From IMG/VR virus record IMGVR_UViG_3300012007_000011, positions 64,155 to 127,383 of that record: 63,229 nt of DNA, one strand, 5' to 3'. Source of the stretch: a virus. Its lineage: Duplodnaviria; Heunggongvirae; Uroviricota; Caudoviricetes. How positions within the stretch are numbered: position 1 is the first letter of the stretch; each line of letters begins with the position of its first letter. This document shows, one piece after another, positions 1-10,422 of the stretch. The translations under genes were made by a program, and so were the position numbers. Under the pieces are notes generated by a model. It was given only the letters and a program-made list of their open reading frames with translations. It did not search any database and had not been told where the DNA came from.

Positions 1-273
1 ATTATCAAGTATTTCATTTTTATTTTCTAAGTAGCCCCTTTCTTTTACTTCATAACCTCTGTCAGTAAGTTCTTCAATCAACTCATCACTGTCATATTGT
101 TCTAATGGATTAGAAACACCGTCTAATAGCGTTTCATCACTGACATCATTGAGAATATAAGGGTTATCTTCTATATATTCGACTATATCTTCTTTACCCA
201 TTTCATCTAATATTTCCTCATAGTCAAAAAAATCAATGAAACTTTTTAATAGATTTTTCTTTTCTTCTTCCAT
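1..273 (-). CDS. Hypothetical acidic protein, partial (runs off window start)
   Basis: Read manually: ATG at 273, MEEEKKNLLKSFIDFFDYEEIL..., open to base 1; TATATTTG promoter at 308-315. Confidence 0.7.
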   Translation of the reverse strand, partial: MEEEKKNLLKSFIDFFDYEEILDEMGKEDIVEYIEDNPYILNDVSDETLLDGVSNPLEQYDSDELIEELTDRGYEVKERGYLENKNEILDN

Positions 274-418
274 ATTTTACATTATTATTAATTTCCTTAT
301 TTGTTTGCAAATATAATAAAAAATATTGAAACCGCAAAATATTGACAATGTTTTTTTGAAAAATTAGAAATTTTTAACTATCTATTATAGAAATTATAAA
401 CATTAAAAACATAAAATT

Positions 419-619
419 ATGAATGAGAGTTATCCATATTTAGGGATTAGACAAATTAATGGTAAAAATTATGTAGTATTATTTACTGAAGAAGATACAG
501 GTGTTGTCGTAATGAATGAAACCGATAGTGAAAAAATAAAATTTGGACTTATTGGCAATTTTGATGAAACTGAATTTGAGAAATTACCACAAGACCAATG
601 TGTAAGACTTAATAACTAA
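419..619 (+). CDS. Hypothetical protein
   Basis: 66-aa ORF with a late-type motif (AACTATCTATTATAG) upstream. Confidence 0.6.
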   Translation: MNESYPYLGIRQINGKNYVVLFTEEDTGVVVMNETDSEKIKFGLIGNFDETEFEKLPQDQCVRLNN

Positions 620-638
620 ATCAAAAACTAAATTTCTT

Positions 639-1148
639 ATGAAAAAACCAAATGAAATTGATAAAATTGAAATCAAGTGGAATAATATACTTCCATTTCC
701 TGGATATCTTGCAATGACATTCTTTGGCAAAATGTGGATAAGAAAGTCAAATAAACAAAAATGGCAAAACTATATAAAATGGGGAAAATCCAATATTGTT
801 TTGAATCATGAACTCATACATGTGAAACAATCAATATCAACTAATAATTCATGGTGGAAATTCTACTTATTGTATATATGGGAATGGTTTAAGGCGAATC
901 CATTATTTAATGGCTTTAAATTCGCTTACAAAATGAATCCATTTGAACTTGAAGCATATGCTAATGAAAATGATTTAGATTATAATATTGTCAATAAAAA
1001 TGGTGCTATACAATGGAAACAATTCAAAACTATAAGTATTAAACAGCGCAAACAATTATGGAAATTTTTCAAAGAAAACAAATCTATGACGTTTAATTAC
1101 TTTGTAAATAACCATGTTATACCACTTTTATTAAAAAATAATGGATAG
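639..1148 (+). CDS. HExxH putative zinc metallopeptidase-like protein
   Basis: LNHELIHVKQ followed by downstream PFELEAY. Confidence 0.55.
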   Translation: MKKPNEIDKIEIKWNNILPFPGYLAMTFFGKMWIRKSNKQKWQNYIKWGKSNIVLNHELIHVKQSISTNNSWWKFYLLYIWEWFKANPLFNGFKFAYKMNPFELEAYANENDLDYNIVNKNGAIQWKQFKTISIKQRKQLWKFFKENKSMTFNYFVNNHVIPLLLKNNG

Positions 1149-1162
1149 GAAATTTCCTATCC
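1143..1162. terminator. Bidirectional intrinsic terminator
   Basis: GGATAGGAAA/TTTCCTATCC palindrome between convergent genes. Confidence 0.6.
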
Positions 1163-1169
1163 ATTTTAT

Positions 1170-1589
1170 TTACTTCAATTCAGTATTATTTACGATGTTC
1201 ATACTTAAAACCACTGCAAGTTGTCTAACCATATCAGGACTTTCCTCATAATTATAACTTCCAATGTTTACACCCACAAGTTCTTTTGTAACTTCACCAA
1301 CAGGATGTCTAACGGTATCAACAAAATAGAGTAAATAAGAAGAAGTCGAATCATCTTTCACTTCAATAATACAATCAAACTGGTTCTTAACCTTTGGAGT
1401 CATTTCCTTAATTACAGTTCCTTGTACTGTCTGTGTCCAGTTTTCAACGTACTCTGGATGATTCCAATCTCTAACATCAAATACATCACCTTTTATTGTT
1501 GGGGTAGACGGATTAACTACCATTGCAATTGCAACAAAAAATGCAATTACCACAACAAAGCATAATGCTAAAAATACATTCTTTTTCAT
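1170..1589 (-). CDS. Hypothetical membrane-anchored protein
   Basis: N-terminal hydrophobic segment VFLALCFVVVIAFFVAIAMVV. Confidence 0.65.
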   Translation of the reverse strand: MKKNVFLALCFVVVIAFFVAIAMVVNPSTPTIKGDVFDVRDWNHPEYVENWTQTVQGTVIKEMTPKVKNQFDCIIEVKDDSTSSYLLYFVDTVRHPVGEVTKELVGVNIGSYNYEESPDMVRQLAVVLSMNIVNNTELK

Positions 1590-1652
1590 TCGATATTGTT
1601 TTATTATTTATAGTTTACTTGTTTATAAATATACGTAAAAATGTGTTTAAAA

Positions 1653-2132
1653 TCAAGCAATATACTTTTGTAGCGTTTTAGATACAATTCTACCATTTAC
1701 AGAAGCATATTTTTGCTTTACAATATCAAGAATTGGCTTCATATCTTTCATTGAAAGATTACCACCCTTGACTGATAGATAGTCTTTAATAACTTCAGTA
1801 ACATAATCGGCAAGTTCCTCATCTGTTGGCTGTTTTGGAATGAATGTCTTAATGATTTCAAGTTCACCCATTTCCGCATTAGCAAGGTCTTCTCTTCCAC
1901 CATTTTTATATTGTGTAATTGAATCCTCACGTTGCGAAGCCATTTTAAGAAGAACTTTAATCTGTTCCTCCTCACTAAGTTCCTTTGTCTTACGACCAGG
2001 TTCTGTTTGCTTTTTCAAAAACTCTGCCTTAATAAGTTTCAAGACATTCAACAACTCTCTGTTCTTTTGATGCATCGCATCCTTAATTAATTCATCAATC
2101 TGTATCATAATTAAATATTTTTTTAAAATCAT
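1653..2132 (-). CDS. GatB/YqeY domain protein
   Basis: IKDAM...VLKLIK...QREDSITQYKNGGREDLANAEMGELEII..PKQ pattern; true start probably MIQIDEL. Confidence 0.85.
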   Translation of the reverse strand: MILKKYLIMIQIDELIKDAMHQKNRELLNVLKLIKAEFLKKQTEPGRKTKELSEEEQIKVLLKMASQREDSITQYKNGGREDLANAEMGELEIIKTFIPKQPTDEELADYVTEVIKDYLSVKGGNLSMKDMKPILDIVKQKYASVNGRIVSKTLQKYIA

Positions 2133-2766
2133 CCCCTTTCAATTCAGGGACTTCTATTTTAATAACCTCTTCTCTTCGTTTATTTTCTTCTTTTAATAGA
2201 AATGATTTCAAAAACTTCTCTTGTTCTAAAATAATATCAACAGCCTCTTGTAAACCATTTACCCTTGTGCAGAAGAAATCACAATTCTTGTTATAAGGCA
2301 TCCTAATCATAATCTTCCTCGACTTTTCCCTTTCGTCTGTTATAAACTCAGGATTATCATCAATCAACCAGTCACCTTGTACCATCCATTTGTCTCTTGT
2401 GAAACAAATATCGTCATAAGGTATTTTGTTCTTTTCAAAGAACATTAATGTGTAATATTTGTTTTGCAAAGTGAATTGCCAAGTCACAATGACAACCTTG
2501 TGACCGGCATCCCTTAGTTTCTGAATCGCTTCTCTGACACCATCATAAGGATTGCTGTGTAAGAAAACATTCCTTGAAGACCAATTGAAAAAATAATCAA
2601 CGGCAGTCATTCCGTATTCTTCCTTAATCCTCTTGAAAACTTTTTCAACATCATAGTCGAATATATCCTCAACGTTCAGATTTTCATCGAACAATTGATT
2701 ATACAATCCACATAATGTTTCGTTGATGTTTCTTATAACACCATCTACGTCAATCTTAATAATCAT
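2095..2766 (-). CDS. 5'(3')-deoxyribonucleotidase, HAD family
   Basis: IDVDGV motif I and WLIDDNP motif IV. Confidence 0.8.
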   Translation of the reverse strand: MIIKIDVDGVIRNINETLCGLYNQLFDENLNVEDIFDYDVEKVFKRIKEEYGMTAVDYFFNWSSRNVFLHSNPYDGVREAIQKLRDAGHKVVIVTWQFTLQNKYYTLMFFEKNKIPYDDICFTRDKWMVQGDWLIDDNPEFITDEREKSRKIMIRMPYNKNCDFFCTRVNGLQEAVDIILEQEKFLKSFLLKEENKRREEVIKIEVPELKGDDFKKIFNYDTD

Positions 2767-2777
2767 AATATTTTCTT

Positions 2778-3029
2778 TTAATCTACCGTAATTCTATACA
2801 AACGTTTAACTACATCTGAGCATACCTTATCAAACTCTTCTTTTGTGCTTAATTTCCATTCATAATCTTCGGCACGAAGAGTCAAATCTTTACCATTGTT
2901 ACCGTCAAAATAAATACGATAAACATAAGCAGCCATAATATTGACAAATTCTTGATATTCAAGAACTTTCGGTTCACGCACAATTTCCACCTCGTTAACC
3001 TCAACGTATTTCTTTCCTTCCATAATCAC
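2778..3029 (-). CDS. Hypothetical protein
   Basis: ORF tightly packed in the operon. Confidence 0.6.
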   Translation of the reverse strand: MIMEGKKYVEVNEVEIVREPKVLEYQEFVNIMAAYVYRIYFDGNNGKDLTLRAEDYEWKLSTKEEFDKVCSDVVKRLYRITVD

Positions 3030-4453
3030 TTTATTTTATAGCCTTTTATATGTTTTAATAATTCAGTTCTTGTAATCTTCGGATTGTTGTATGCTAACTT
3101 CATTGCGTATTCAAGACAATCCTTGACATCTCTACCAGGTTCAATACCCTTTATGAACATTACATCATCACCGTTGATAGGTAACTTATAGTCAAACATG
3201 TCTGTTTTGTCATCAACCATTCTATTTGTGAGTTTGTTTATTATATACACTTGATTAGGAAGACAATGGTCAATAGCATGAGATTTGTTATCTGCATCAA
3301 TTAATGTCAAAAGTTCAAAAAACCTTACATAACCACACTGATATTGAAGTTTTCTAAGTGTCTTGTCCTTCATATGCTCACAAGTATCACCCCATTGCTT
3401 TGTTCTCATATGATTCTCAATAAGAAACTTAACCCTATCAATAAAATCGTTTGAATATTTAAGTCTTCTTAAAATGATTTCGGCAATGTCAGCGCCTGCA
3501 AGTTCGTGTCCATAAAAGTGTACCCTACCCTTATCATCAACACTTTTTACATACGGTTTGCCAATATCGTGCAATAGTGCAGCCATTCTTACATCAAGGG
3601 AGGCAACTCCATAAAAAGGTCTCTTCGCAACCAAATTAAGTACATTCAACGTATGTTCCCAAACGTCATTTTCATGATACTCATTCTGTAAAACATCAAC
3701 AGTATCGTAAAGTTCTGGAATAACATACCTCATTGCTCCAATATCAACAAGCAAACGCATTGCACAAACAGGGTCATCGCACATAAGCATCTTGTTCAAC
3801 TCATCAGCAATACGCTCCTTTGTGATAATTCTAAGTCTATCAACCTTGTCGCACATACCTTTAAGTGTATCTTCCTCAATGTGCCAATCTTTATTTTCAG
3901 CATGAAACCTTGAATAAAATCTGACGCATCTAAGAATGCGTAAGGCATCATCGTCATATACGATATCAGGTGTTGAAGTAACCCTAATTCTATGTTCCTT
4001 TATGTCTTTCTGACCGCCACAGCAATCAACTATCTGATTTGTACTAATGTTCAAATATAAAGCATTGATTGTAAGGTCTCTGCGCATTGCATCCTCATAC
4101 AACGTTCCATATTCTGTTTCTGGATTACGGCTATTCTTGTCCTTATATTGTTCCTTTCTTGTCTGAACACATTCAATTTCAACCTCTGGATATTCATTCA
4201 GACGAAACATTGTAGTACCATAGGTAGGATAAGTTACAACGCTTCCGTGTGTATAACCATTCTCTTCCATCCATTTGGCAATTTCAATACCGCCATTTGG
4301 AAATTCAACAACAATGTCAACATCTTTGATTTCCTTATTCATCAGCAAATCTCTGACAGCACCACCCACCACATAGGTTTTGCCATCAAACTTTGTACCA
4401 TTGATAAGGTTTTTTATATATAATACAATTTTATGAAACTTATCCTCCGTCAT
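3026..4453 (-). CDS. cca: CCA-adding tRNA nucleotidyltransferase with HD domain
   Basis: VGGAVRDLL..DVDIV, DAMRRDLTINAL, DDALRILR, LLHDIGKP. Confidence 0.9.
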   Translation of the reverse strand: MTEDKFHKIVLYIKNLINGTKFDGKTYVVGGAVRDLLMNKEIKDVDIVVEFPNGGIEIAKWMEENGYTHGSVVTYPTYGTTMFRLNEYPEVEIECVQTRKEQYKDKNSRNPETEYGTLYEDAMRRDLTINALYLNISTNQIVDCCGGQKDIKEHRIRVTSTPDIVYDDDALRILRCVRFYSRFHAENKDWHIEEDTLKGMCDKVDRLRIITKERIADELNKMLMCDDPVCAMRLLVDIGAMRYVIPELYDTVDVLQNEYHENDVWEHTLNVLNLVAKRPFYGVASLDVRMAALLHDIGKPYVKSVDDKGRVHFYGHELAGADIAEIILRRLKYSNDFIDRVKFLIENHMRTKQWGDTCEHMKDKTLRKLQYQCGYVRFFELLTLIDADNKSHAIDHCLPNQVYIINKLTNRMVDDKTDMFDYKLPINGDDVMFIKGIEPGRDVKDCLEYAMKLAYNNPKITRTELLKHIKGYKIK

Positions 4454-4454
4454 A

Positions 4455-4751
4455 TTATTCTTTTCTTAAAAGTTTAACAGTTTCTGGTCCACAATATTCT
4501 GACATATAATCAATAATTTGTTCCTTTGTCATTGTGCAGTAATTCTCCAAACCCAAATCATTAAACTCTCCGTCATGATTAAATGCCACAATGGTTTCAG
4601 TACCAGTGGCAAAACAAGCGTCAAATAATGCAACCTGCTCTTCTGAGAAGCCTTTTGTCCTCATTAATTCTTGAACGGCTTTGTCTAAAAATGATTCTGA
4701 CTCGTTCTTATAATCTATTGCCTTTGATAACAATTTTCGCCACTTTTCCAT
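4455..4751 (-). CDS. Hypothetical protein
   Basis: ORF in operon. Confidence 0.6.
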   Translation of the reverse strand: MEKWRKLLSKAIDYKNESESFLDKAVQELMRTKGFSEEQVALFDACFATGTETIVAFNHDGEFNDLGLENYCTMTKEQIIDYMSEYCGPETVKLLRKE

Positions 4752-4754
4752 AAC

Positions 4755-5375
4755 TCAATAATATTTTTCTATGTACCATTTTGCAGCCTTTTCAGCCTCA
4801 CCCTTTGTATTCCATTTCTGTCTGCCAATCTCATCGGTAATATCCTCTTTGTTTATTTTGGCATACCAATGTTCACCACCATCCCACTGAATAAACCTTA
4901 CGTCATCTAATGTTGGTTTCTTAAAGTCAGGATATTCCAGTTTATCAGTATAATATCTCTCAACAATTTCAAAATGTTGATTTTTTGACGAGTAGCCAAA
5001 TTGTCTGACACCATCTTCAAGATAGACAGCCTCACCTTTGTCAATATCTTTAAGTCTGCCTTTAATAGCCGTTAATAACAATTCATTAGCAGTATCAAAA
5101 AGTGCCAATGGTGAAGAACGTTTATATCCTTTAATCTCTGTAATGGCTTCTATTGAAGAAGCAACCTCATTTGTGGGATGATTCATTATCCCACCATATT
5201 TAAAAATTGCTTCCACAGCATCATGTGCAGCACTATTATATCCCTCTTGCATCGTTGGTTTGAAAAACTTCTCGGCATGTTCCATAACTTGCCTTGCGGT
5301 TTTTGCTGCAAACCACCACTTGTGACTTTCTTCGTCTGTTGCTAAATTTTTAAACCTTACAAATTCGTATTCCAT
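4755..5375 (-). CDS. Hypothetical protein
   Basis: Start moved to MEYEFV because a TACCTTTG promoter lies at 5404-5411. Confidence 0.65.
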   Translation of the reverse strand: MEYEFVRFKNLATDEESHKWWFAAKTARQVMEHAEKFFKPTMQEGYNSAAHDAVEAIFKYGGIMNHPTNEVASSIEAITEIKGYKRSSPLALFDTANELLLTAIKGRLKDIDKGEAVYLEDGVRQFGYSSKNQHFEIVERYYTDKLEYPDFKKPTLDDVRFIQWDGGEHWYAKINKEDITDEIGRQKWNTKGEAEKAAKWYIEKYY

Positions 5376-5454
5376 TGTTTGATAATTTTTTAATTTTACA
5401 TTGCAAAGGTATAAATAAAAATACAAACGGCCAAAGATTTTATGTTAAAAAATG

Positions 5455-5634
5455 TTAATCTATTAACTTTTTATCAATTTCTTGCTGTATTTTACTGGCA
5501 AGGTCAACTGTTATTCTTGCTGCGCCTTCATGTAATGTTCTGTCAAACAGTTTTGTCAAGAATGAACTGTCAGAAGACATAATTCCATTAATTATTTGTC
5601 CTGATAGGACTACAAGTTCTTCTCTTCTATTCAT
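5455..5634 (-). CDS. Small hypothetical protein (59 aa), absent from ORF track
   Basis: MNRREELVVLSGQIINGIMSS...DKKLID; ATGA overlap with the HNH stop. Confidence 0.6.
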   Translation of the reverse strand: MNRREELVVLSGQIINGIMSSDSSFLTKLFDRTLHEGAARITVDLASKIQQEIDKKLID

Positions 5635-6017
5635 CTTTTTTTCTTTTTATTTTCCAATGTAAGCGGATTATTTGAATTTTCCTTTGGTGTTACCCACCTT
5701 AGATTACACGCTCTATTATCACTTCTTATTGTGTTAATATGGTCAACAAATAGTCCATTCTTGTAACCTTCTACTCCATGAAAGGCAATAGCAACAAGAC
5801 GATGAACAGGAACTGAATGCCTTCCCCAACCTCTATCAACCCAAACATAGACGTAGCCACTTTTCTGTAAGTATTGTTTTAATAATAATCCGTCTTTTTT
5901 GCGAACGACATTTCCTTGGTCTGATACTGCATAGTTTGGATAAAACTCGCAATCCCTCCATTCCTCTTCCTTATCCATTACAAAACTTTGAGTGAAACCA
6001 TTCATAAGCCTTGTCAA
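5631..6017 (-). CDS. NUMOD4/HNH endonuclease
   Basis: EEWRD..YAVSDQG, VHRLVAIAF, VDHINTIRSDNRACNLRW. Confidence 0.85.
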   Translation of the reverse strand: MTRLMNGFTQSFVMDKEEEWRDCEFYPNYAVSDQGNVVRKKDGLLLKQYLQKSGYVYVWVDRGWGRHSVPVHRLVAIAFHGVEGYKNGLFVDHINTIRSDNRACNLRWVTPKENSNNPLTLENKKKKR

Positions 6018-6402
6018 TTACCTCTTCGGGCGTATCTGCATCAAATCCCTTTATAGAATCACCATCTTCACAATGTATCCAATCAACATGCCAACTTCCG
6101 TCAAAGTGGTAGAGATTAGGTGTATATCCCCAATCTTCAACGGTTGATTTCATATCACCAGTAATATGCTGAAGCGTCTTGAACTTATCCAATGCTTCAT
6201 TATTAACAAGCGTTATTGGTGCGGTTGCTGTTACCTGTAATTTCCGATATTCTTCATATTGGTTTAAACGTTCCCTTATGAACGGTTCGAATATCGGCAT
6301 TATGGAATCCAAAATGTCATCAATGTTCCGTTTCAACATGTCCTTAATTGTGCATTCTATCGTCCTGTATAATGCAGTATCCTTAATTTCCATTTTTTCC
6401 AT
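5971..6402 (-). CDS. Hypothetical protein
   Basis: ORF in operon. Confidence 0.6.
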   Translation of the reverse strand: MEKMEIKDTALYRTIECTIKDMLKRNIDDILDSIMPIFEPFIRERLNQYEEYRKLQVTATAPITLVNNEALDKFKTLQHITGDMKSTVEDWGYTPNLYHFDGSWHVDWIHCEDGDSIKGFDADTPEEVIDKAYEWFHSKFCNG

Positions 6403-6406
6403 AATT

Positions 6407-6598
6407 CTACTCTATAATTGTCATCATTTTGAATATATAATACCACGCAAAACCATTAATTGCTGCTGTTAGTAATGTACCAAATATAAATCCAATATTA
6501 TATTTTGATATACCAATAATCTCTGACTTATATATGTGCTGTGTTCTGTAAAAACAGAAAAGTAATATTACACAAACAATTAAAATTACTATTTTCAT
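6407..6598 (-). CDS. Small membrane protein
   Basis: Two hydrophobic segments. Confidence 0.55.
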   Translation of the reverse strand: MKIVILIVCVILLFCFYRTQHIYKSEIIGISKYNIGFIFGTLLTAAINGFAWYYIFKMMTIIE

Positions 6599-6601
6599 AC
6601 T

Positions 6602-6868
6602 TTAATAAATTGAAATAAATTCTCCCTCTCCAAATATATGTCCTTCGTATTCGGGTTCATACAAATCACACCATCCTTGATATTGCACCCACGTTCTAAC
6701 TGGCAAGTTTCCGTGTTTGAACCAAAGTTTTATGAGTTTCCAGATAATTTGTCTAACGTTCATTTTCTTTGGTTCTCTTCTGTAACCACGTGAAAGAGCC
6801 GATTCCAAAGCGGTTTCATTTCTTTCACGTGTTTGTTCTGTCATATAGTTCTTAAAATTACTTCCCAT
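6602..6868 (-). CDS. Hypothetical protein
   Basis: ORF in operon. Confidence 0.55.
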   Translation of the reverse strand: MGSNFKNYMTEQTRERNETALESALSRGYRREPKKMNVRQIIWKLIKLWFKHGNLPVRTWVQYQGWCDLYEPEYEGHIFGEGEFISIY

Positions 6869-6873
6869 AACTT

Positions 6874-8214
6874 CTACAATCCAAGTTGTTCTTTTCTTAT
6901 CTTCAGCAACAAGTCATTTACAAACTCAACGTCAATCTTATCGGGAATTGTACTTTCAGCCATTGCCTTTTCCATTTCGTCTTTCTTACCTTCGATATAG
7001 TCAATGATTTCCTCATAAGACGTATTTCCAAGACGGATATTAAGAATGAAATCCCTATCAATGTTTGTTCTGTCAACATTGAACTGACCTGTCTTTGCAA
7101 GTTCAAGACCCATATGCAACAACCTCACAGAATGTGCAACATTCTTTCTGTCAAACATCTTTCCCTTGTTTTCAAGGTATCTCTGAGGATTGCGGTTTGC
7201 CTCCCATTCCTTTTGATTCTTATAATCAACACAATGGCTGGAATATCCATCCTTATTATAGGAAATCTGACAAATTGGCAAAACATCCTTTTCAACAGAA
7301 GACAAACGCAATTCATTTGAAGTTTCCTCTTCATTGGTCATACCTTTATAACCGATTGGTTTTTGGTTGTTAAACCATTCATTAAGCCTTCTTAATGTTT
7401 TCATTTTTGGAAAATATGCTGATGTTGAACATAAGTCATATTTCTCCATTATGAAATTGACCATATTCTTGAATTGTGCCTTACGGAGTTTCTTAAGCAA
7501 GTTAAGGTTCTTCTCACCATTTTTAAGACGTTTTACAATATTGATAGTATCATATACATTATCATCCAAATAGGCTTCTTTCAAATCCTTAAATGTCACG
7601 TTTTCATTAAGGAAATGGTTTCCCCAATCATAGAACACAGAATAGTTATCGTGCATATTGGGAACATTCACCAAACCACAATATTTCTGTTTAAGATTTC
7701 TGTATTCAAGCCAATTCTGAATCTTGCTACTACCCTGCTTGTGATAGGTATACACAAAATCAAGAATACCCTTGCGTTCAATCTTTTCCTGTAAGAAACG
7801 TTTATTAAGACCACGGCACTTCCTAATCTGTTCATAAGAATAACCAAGAATAGGTTTGAAACATTCCTTTGTAATAAACTTATCCCTATGTTTCTTAATT
7901 TCTGTCATAATAGGATGTTCATATTTAATACATCTTTCCGGTACAAACAAACTTTCAAGCACCGTTGGGTTTGATTTAAGCAACAATTGGAAGAACTTAT
8001 TAAGTTCATAACCGGTGTCATCATTTTTTTCACTTGAAATCTGTTCCTGATAGTCCAACCCCAAACCCAATAATTGTTCTGGTGGTGCTAAATATATAAA
8101 ACCGTGGTCTGTGTCTGAATTTTCTAAATCCAGACCATATGCTTTTGACCCCCTGATGTAATGGTATAAAAGTAAACCATTTTCTACAATGTCTTCAAAA
8201 CTATAATTTTTCAT
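6874..8214 (-). CDS. Pol-beta superfamily nucleotidyltransferase (RlaP/YcgL-like)
   Basis: IRGSKAYGL..SDTD, KSNPTVLE, C-terminal KNVAHSVRLL. Confidence 0.8.
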   Translation of the reverse strand: MKNYSFEDIVENGLLLYHYIRGSKAYGLDLENSDTDHGFIYLAPPEQLLGLGLDYQEQISSEKNDDTGYELNKFFQLLLKSNPTVLESLFVPERCIKYEHPIMTEIKKHRDKFITKECFKPILGYSYEQIRKCRGLNKRFLQEKIERKGILDFVYTYHKQGSSKIQNWLEYRNLKQKYCGLVNVPNMHDNYSVFYDWGNHFLNENVTFKDLKEAYLDDNVYDTINIVKRLKNGEKNLNLLKKLRKAQFKNMVNFIMEKYDLCSTSAYFPKMKTLRRLNEWFNNQKPIGYKGMTNEEETSNELRLSSVEKDVLPICQISYNKDGYSSHCVDYKNQKEWEANRNPQRYLENKGKMFDRKNVAHSVRLLHMGLELAKTGQFNVDRTNIDRDFILNIRLGNTSYEEIIDYIEGKKDEMEKAMAESTIPDKIDVEFVNDLLLKIRKEQLGL

Positions 8215-9613
8215 AATAATGCTTTATTTTTTCTAATATTTTTCTTTTAACACAAATTTGATATGCTTTTGATTGTTCACGAAATTCTTTATATGAATTA
8301 TATTTCTTATATTCTTTTTCTAACATTTCATCAGTCCAAGGTATATTTTTCTTTTTGCTATCATCTTTATTGAGATATTGTTTAAATTCTTCGATTCTTT
8401 TTTGTCCCTTTAACCACCAATAACAACCTCTTACAAATTTATCATCACTTTCTCTTAATTGTTGCATATAATTGTATTTTTGTACAACTTCCTTAACATT
8501 CCTTTCATTATATATTTTTCTTTCATCATTTAAATCACGCATATGAGAACAGACAGCATCAATCCATCCACGTTTTTGACAAACACCATAGCAGCCACAT
8601 GAACCCTCTCTAAATGTTTTTTTGGTGTCATATTTTAGAGCCTCTTGTTGTGCTTCTTCAAAAGTCCATTCATCACGCTGTAAAAGAGTTTTGTTTTTTC
8701 GCATTTCTTTTTGAAAGCCGTTTTTTATTAAAAATAAATACGCACCTCTATTCTTTTTAATGAATTCTTTTATTGTGTTATATTTTTCACTTTCTTCTAA
8801 TGCACTTTCTTTATTCCACTTTGCTTTTTTATGATACGTATTTCTGATTGTTAGAGGAAACATATCTTTTATCTTGTTAATTAAATTATGCTTTTTACAA
8901 TAATTTAATGCCCCGGCATAATTTTCATAAAATTCCTTATATGAAGAACATGTATTTGCAACTTCAATACATTTCTCTTCTGTCCACTTACGTATAATCT
9001 CATCTTTACTTCCAAGCCCACCGGTAGGTGCTCTATTTAACATTAGCCATCCATTATTTTTATATTCATTTAGAACTTCCCCTTCTTTAATTGCTGCTTC
9101 TTGATAATCAAGATATTCTGTTACTTGTTTGAATAATGGTTTTAAATTGCTTAAAGAAATATATTTAAAAATACTACTATCTTTATCTCTTAAATGGTCT
9201 TTTTTACGTTTTTCAAAATTATACGTCAACCCAACATATGCGTGATTATCAGAAAATTCACACACATAAATACATCTTTTATATTTACTACCAACGGGCG
9301 TAAAATATTGTAAAAGTTCATTATACCATCCACGCTTTTTGGCAATTGTCATTGCACCACAAAATTTACCATTGAACTCGCTTTTTGTTTTACATTGTTT
9401 GGCTGCTTCAATACAATTTTCTTTTGTCCATTTTGTAATGGTGTCCATTTTAATCATGTGTTCACATGCTTCATCCAACAACCCATTTTTATACAATACA
9501 GAATATGCTCTTCCTGATTCTTTTTTAAATGTTGAACGATGCTCATATTTTTTTGCTTCTTCAAAACATCTTTCAATAGTCCAATATCCTCTTTTCACTC
9601 TCTTTTTACACAT
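8201..9613 (-). CDS. GIY-YIG homing-type endonuclease with tandem helical repeats
   Basis: CIYVCEFSDNHAYVGLT..KRKKDH; repeats resembling WT.E.C..EA.KY....F; own TATTTATA motif near 9650. Confidence 0.75.
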   Translation of the reverse strand: MCKKRVKRGYWTIERCFEEAKKYEHRSTFKKESGRAYSVLYKNGLLDEACEHMIKMDTITKWTKENCIEAAKQCKTKSEFNGKFCGAMTIAKKRGWYNELLQYFTPVGSKYKRCIYVCEFSDNHAYVGLTYNFEKRKKDHLRDKDSSIFKYISLSNLKPLFKQVTEYLDYQEAAIKEGEVLNEYKNNGWLMLNRAPTGGLGSKDEIIRKWTEEKCIEVANTCSSYKEFYENYAGALNYCKKHNLINKIKDMFPLTIRNTYHKKAKWNKESALEESEKYNTIKEFIKKNRGAYLFLIKNGFQKEMRKNKTLLQRDEWTFEEAQQEALKYDTKKTFREGSCGCYGVCQKRGWIDAVCSHMRDLNDERKIYNERNVKEVVQKYNYMQQLRESDDKFVRGCYWWLKGQKRIEEFKQYLNKDDSKKKNIPWTDEMLEKEYKKYNSYKEFREQSKAYQICVKRKILEKIKHYYEKL

Positions 9614-9719
9614 TTATAATACAAATAAAAACATTATTATTTTCTTATAAATAGTGTTATACTCCAAAAAAATCTATAAAATAAACAACCACCAATGTAT
9701 ATTTCTTCATTTCTCAATT

Positions 9720-9992
9720 TTAAAAATCAATTAAACCTTGTGTTTCATAATCATATCCAAACGATACTTCTGTTTCTATCGGTTTGGTATTTCCACCGCC
9801 ATATAACTCTGTAAATTTATCGACAAATTCCTTACCGCCTACTGGTATCCACGAATGAATATCGTCAGAATCAATCATTGTTAGGATTTTATTATCCAAA
9901 TCATCAATAGTTGCATAACAGCAATCTGTCATATTATTATCAATCTGAAATGTATAAACCTCAGAAATTTCAATGATATATTTCTTTTTCAT
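9720..9992 (-). CDS. Hypothetical protein
   Basis: ORF in operon. Confidence 0.55.
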   Translation of the reverse strand: MKKKYIIEISEVYTFQIDNNMTDCCYATIDDLDNKILTMIDSDDIHSWIPVGGKEFVDKFTELYGGGNTKPIETEVSFGYDYETQGLIDF

Positions 9993-10204
9993 CTCTTCTT
10001 AACATTAAATTTTTCTGTTAATTTTTTCAATTGTTCTTCTGTAATATCAATATCATATCTTGTTTTTGGCTTATAATTACCAATAACGTCAAGATGGTCA
10101 ATAACTACAAATTTTTTAGCGAGGTGTTCAAGACGTTCTTGTTCACAGAACGGACATTTGTCACCACTATAAGAAAAACGATGAATTGGACAGATTTGTT
10201 TCAT
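9989..10204 (-). CDS. Hypothetical protein with small Cys/His cluster
   Basis: CPIH..CPFC. Confidence 0.55.
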   Translation of the reverse strand: MKQICPIHRFSYSGDKCPFCEQERLEHLAKKFVVIDHLDVIGNYKPKTRYDIDITEEQLKKLTEKFNVKKR

Positions 10205-10227
10205 TTTATTTATGTTTTAAATTAAAC

Positions 10228-10422
10228 TTACGGATTTACAACACTTCCACCACTTGTAATAGCGTTCGCAACACTTCCCAAACGTGTACGCAATTCTTTC
10301 ATTGCTTCTGTATTGTCACGCAATGACTGATTTTGTTTATCAATGTATTTATTGTGTTCTTTTAATACAGTAACAAGGTTACTTAAAACCTTCACCAAAT
10401 CTTGTGCTTCTTTTTTATCCAT
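10228..10422 (-). CDS. Hypothetical coiled-coil protein
   Basis: First gene after a TAGTTTTG promoter near 10460. Confidence 0.55.
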   Translation of the reverse strand: MDKKEAQDLVKVLSNLVTVLKEHNKYIDKQNQSLRDNTEAMKELRTRLGSVANAITSGGSVVNP

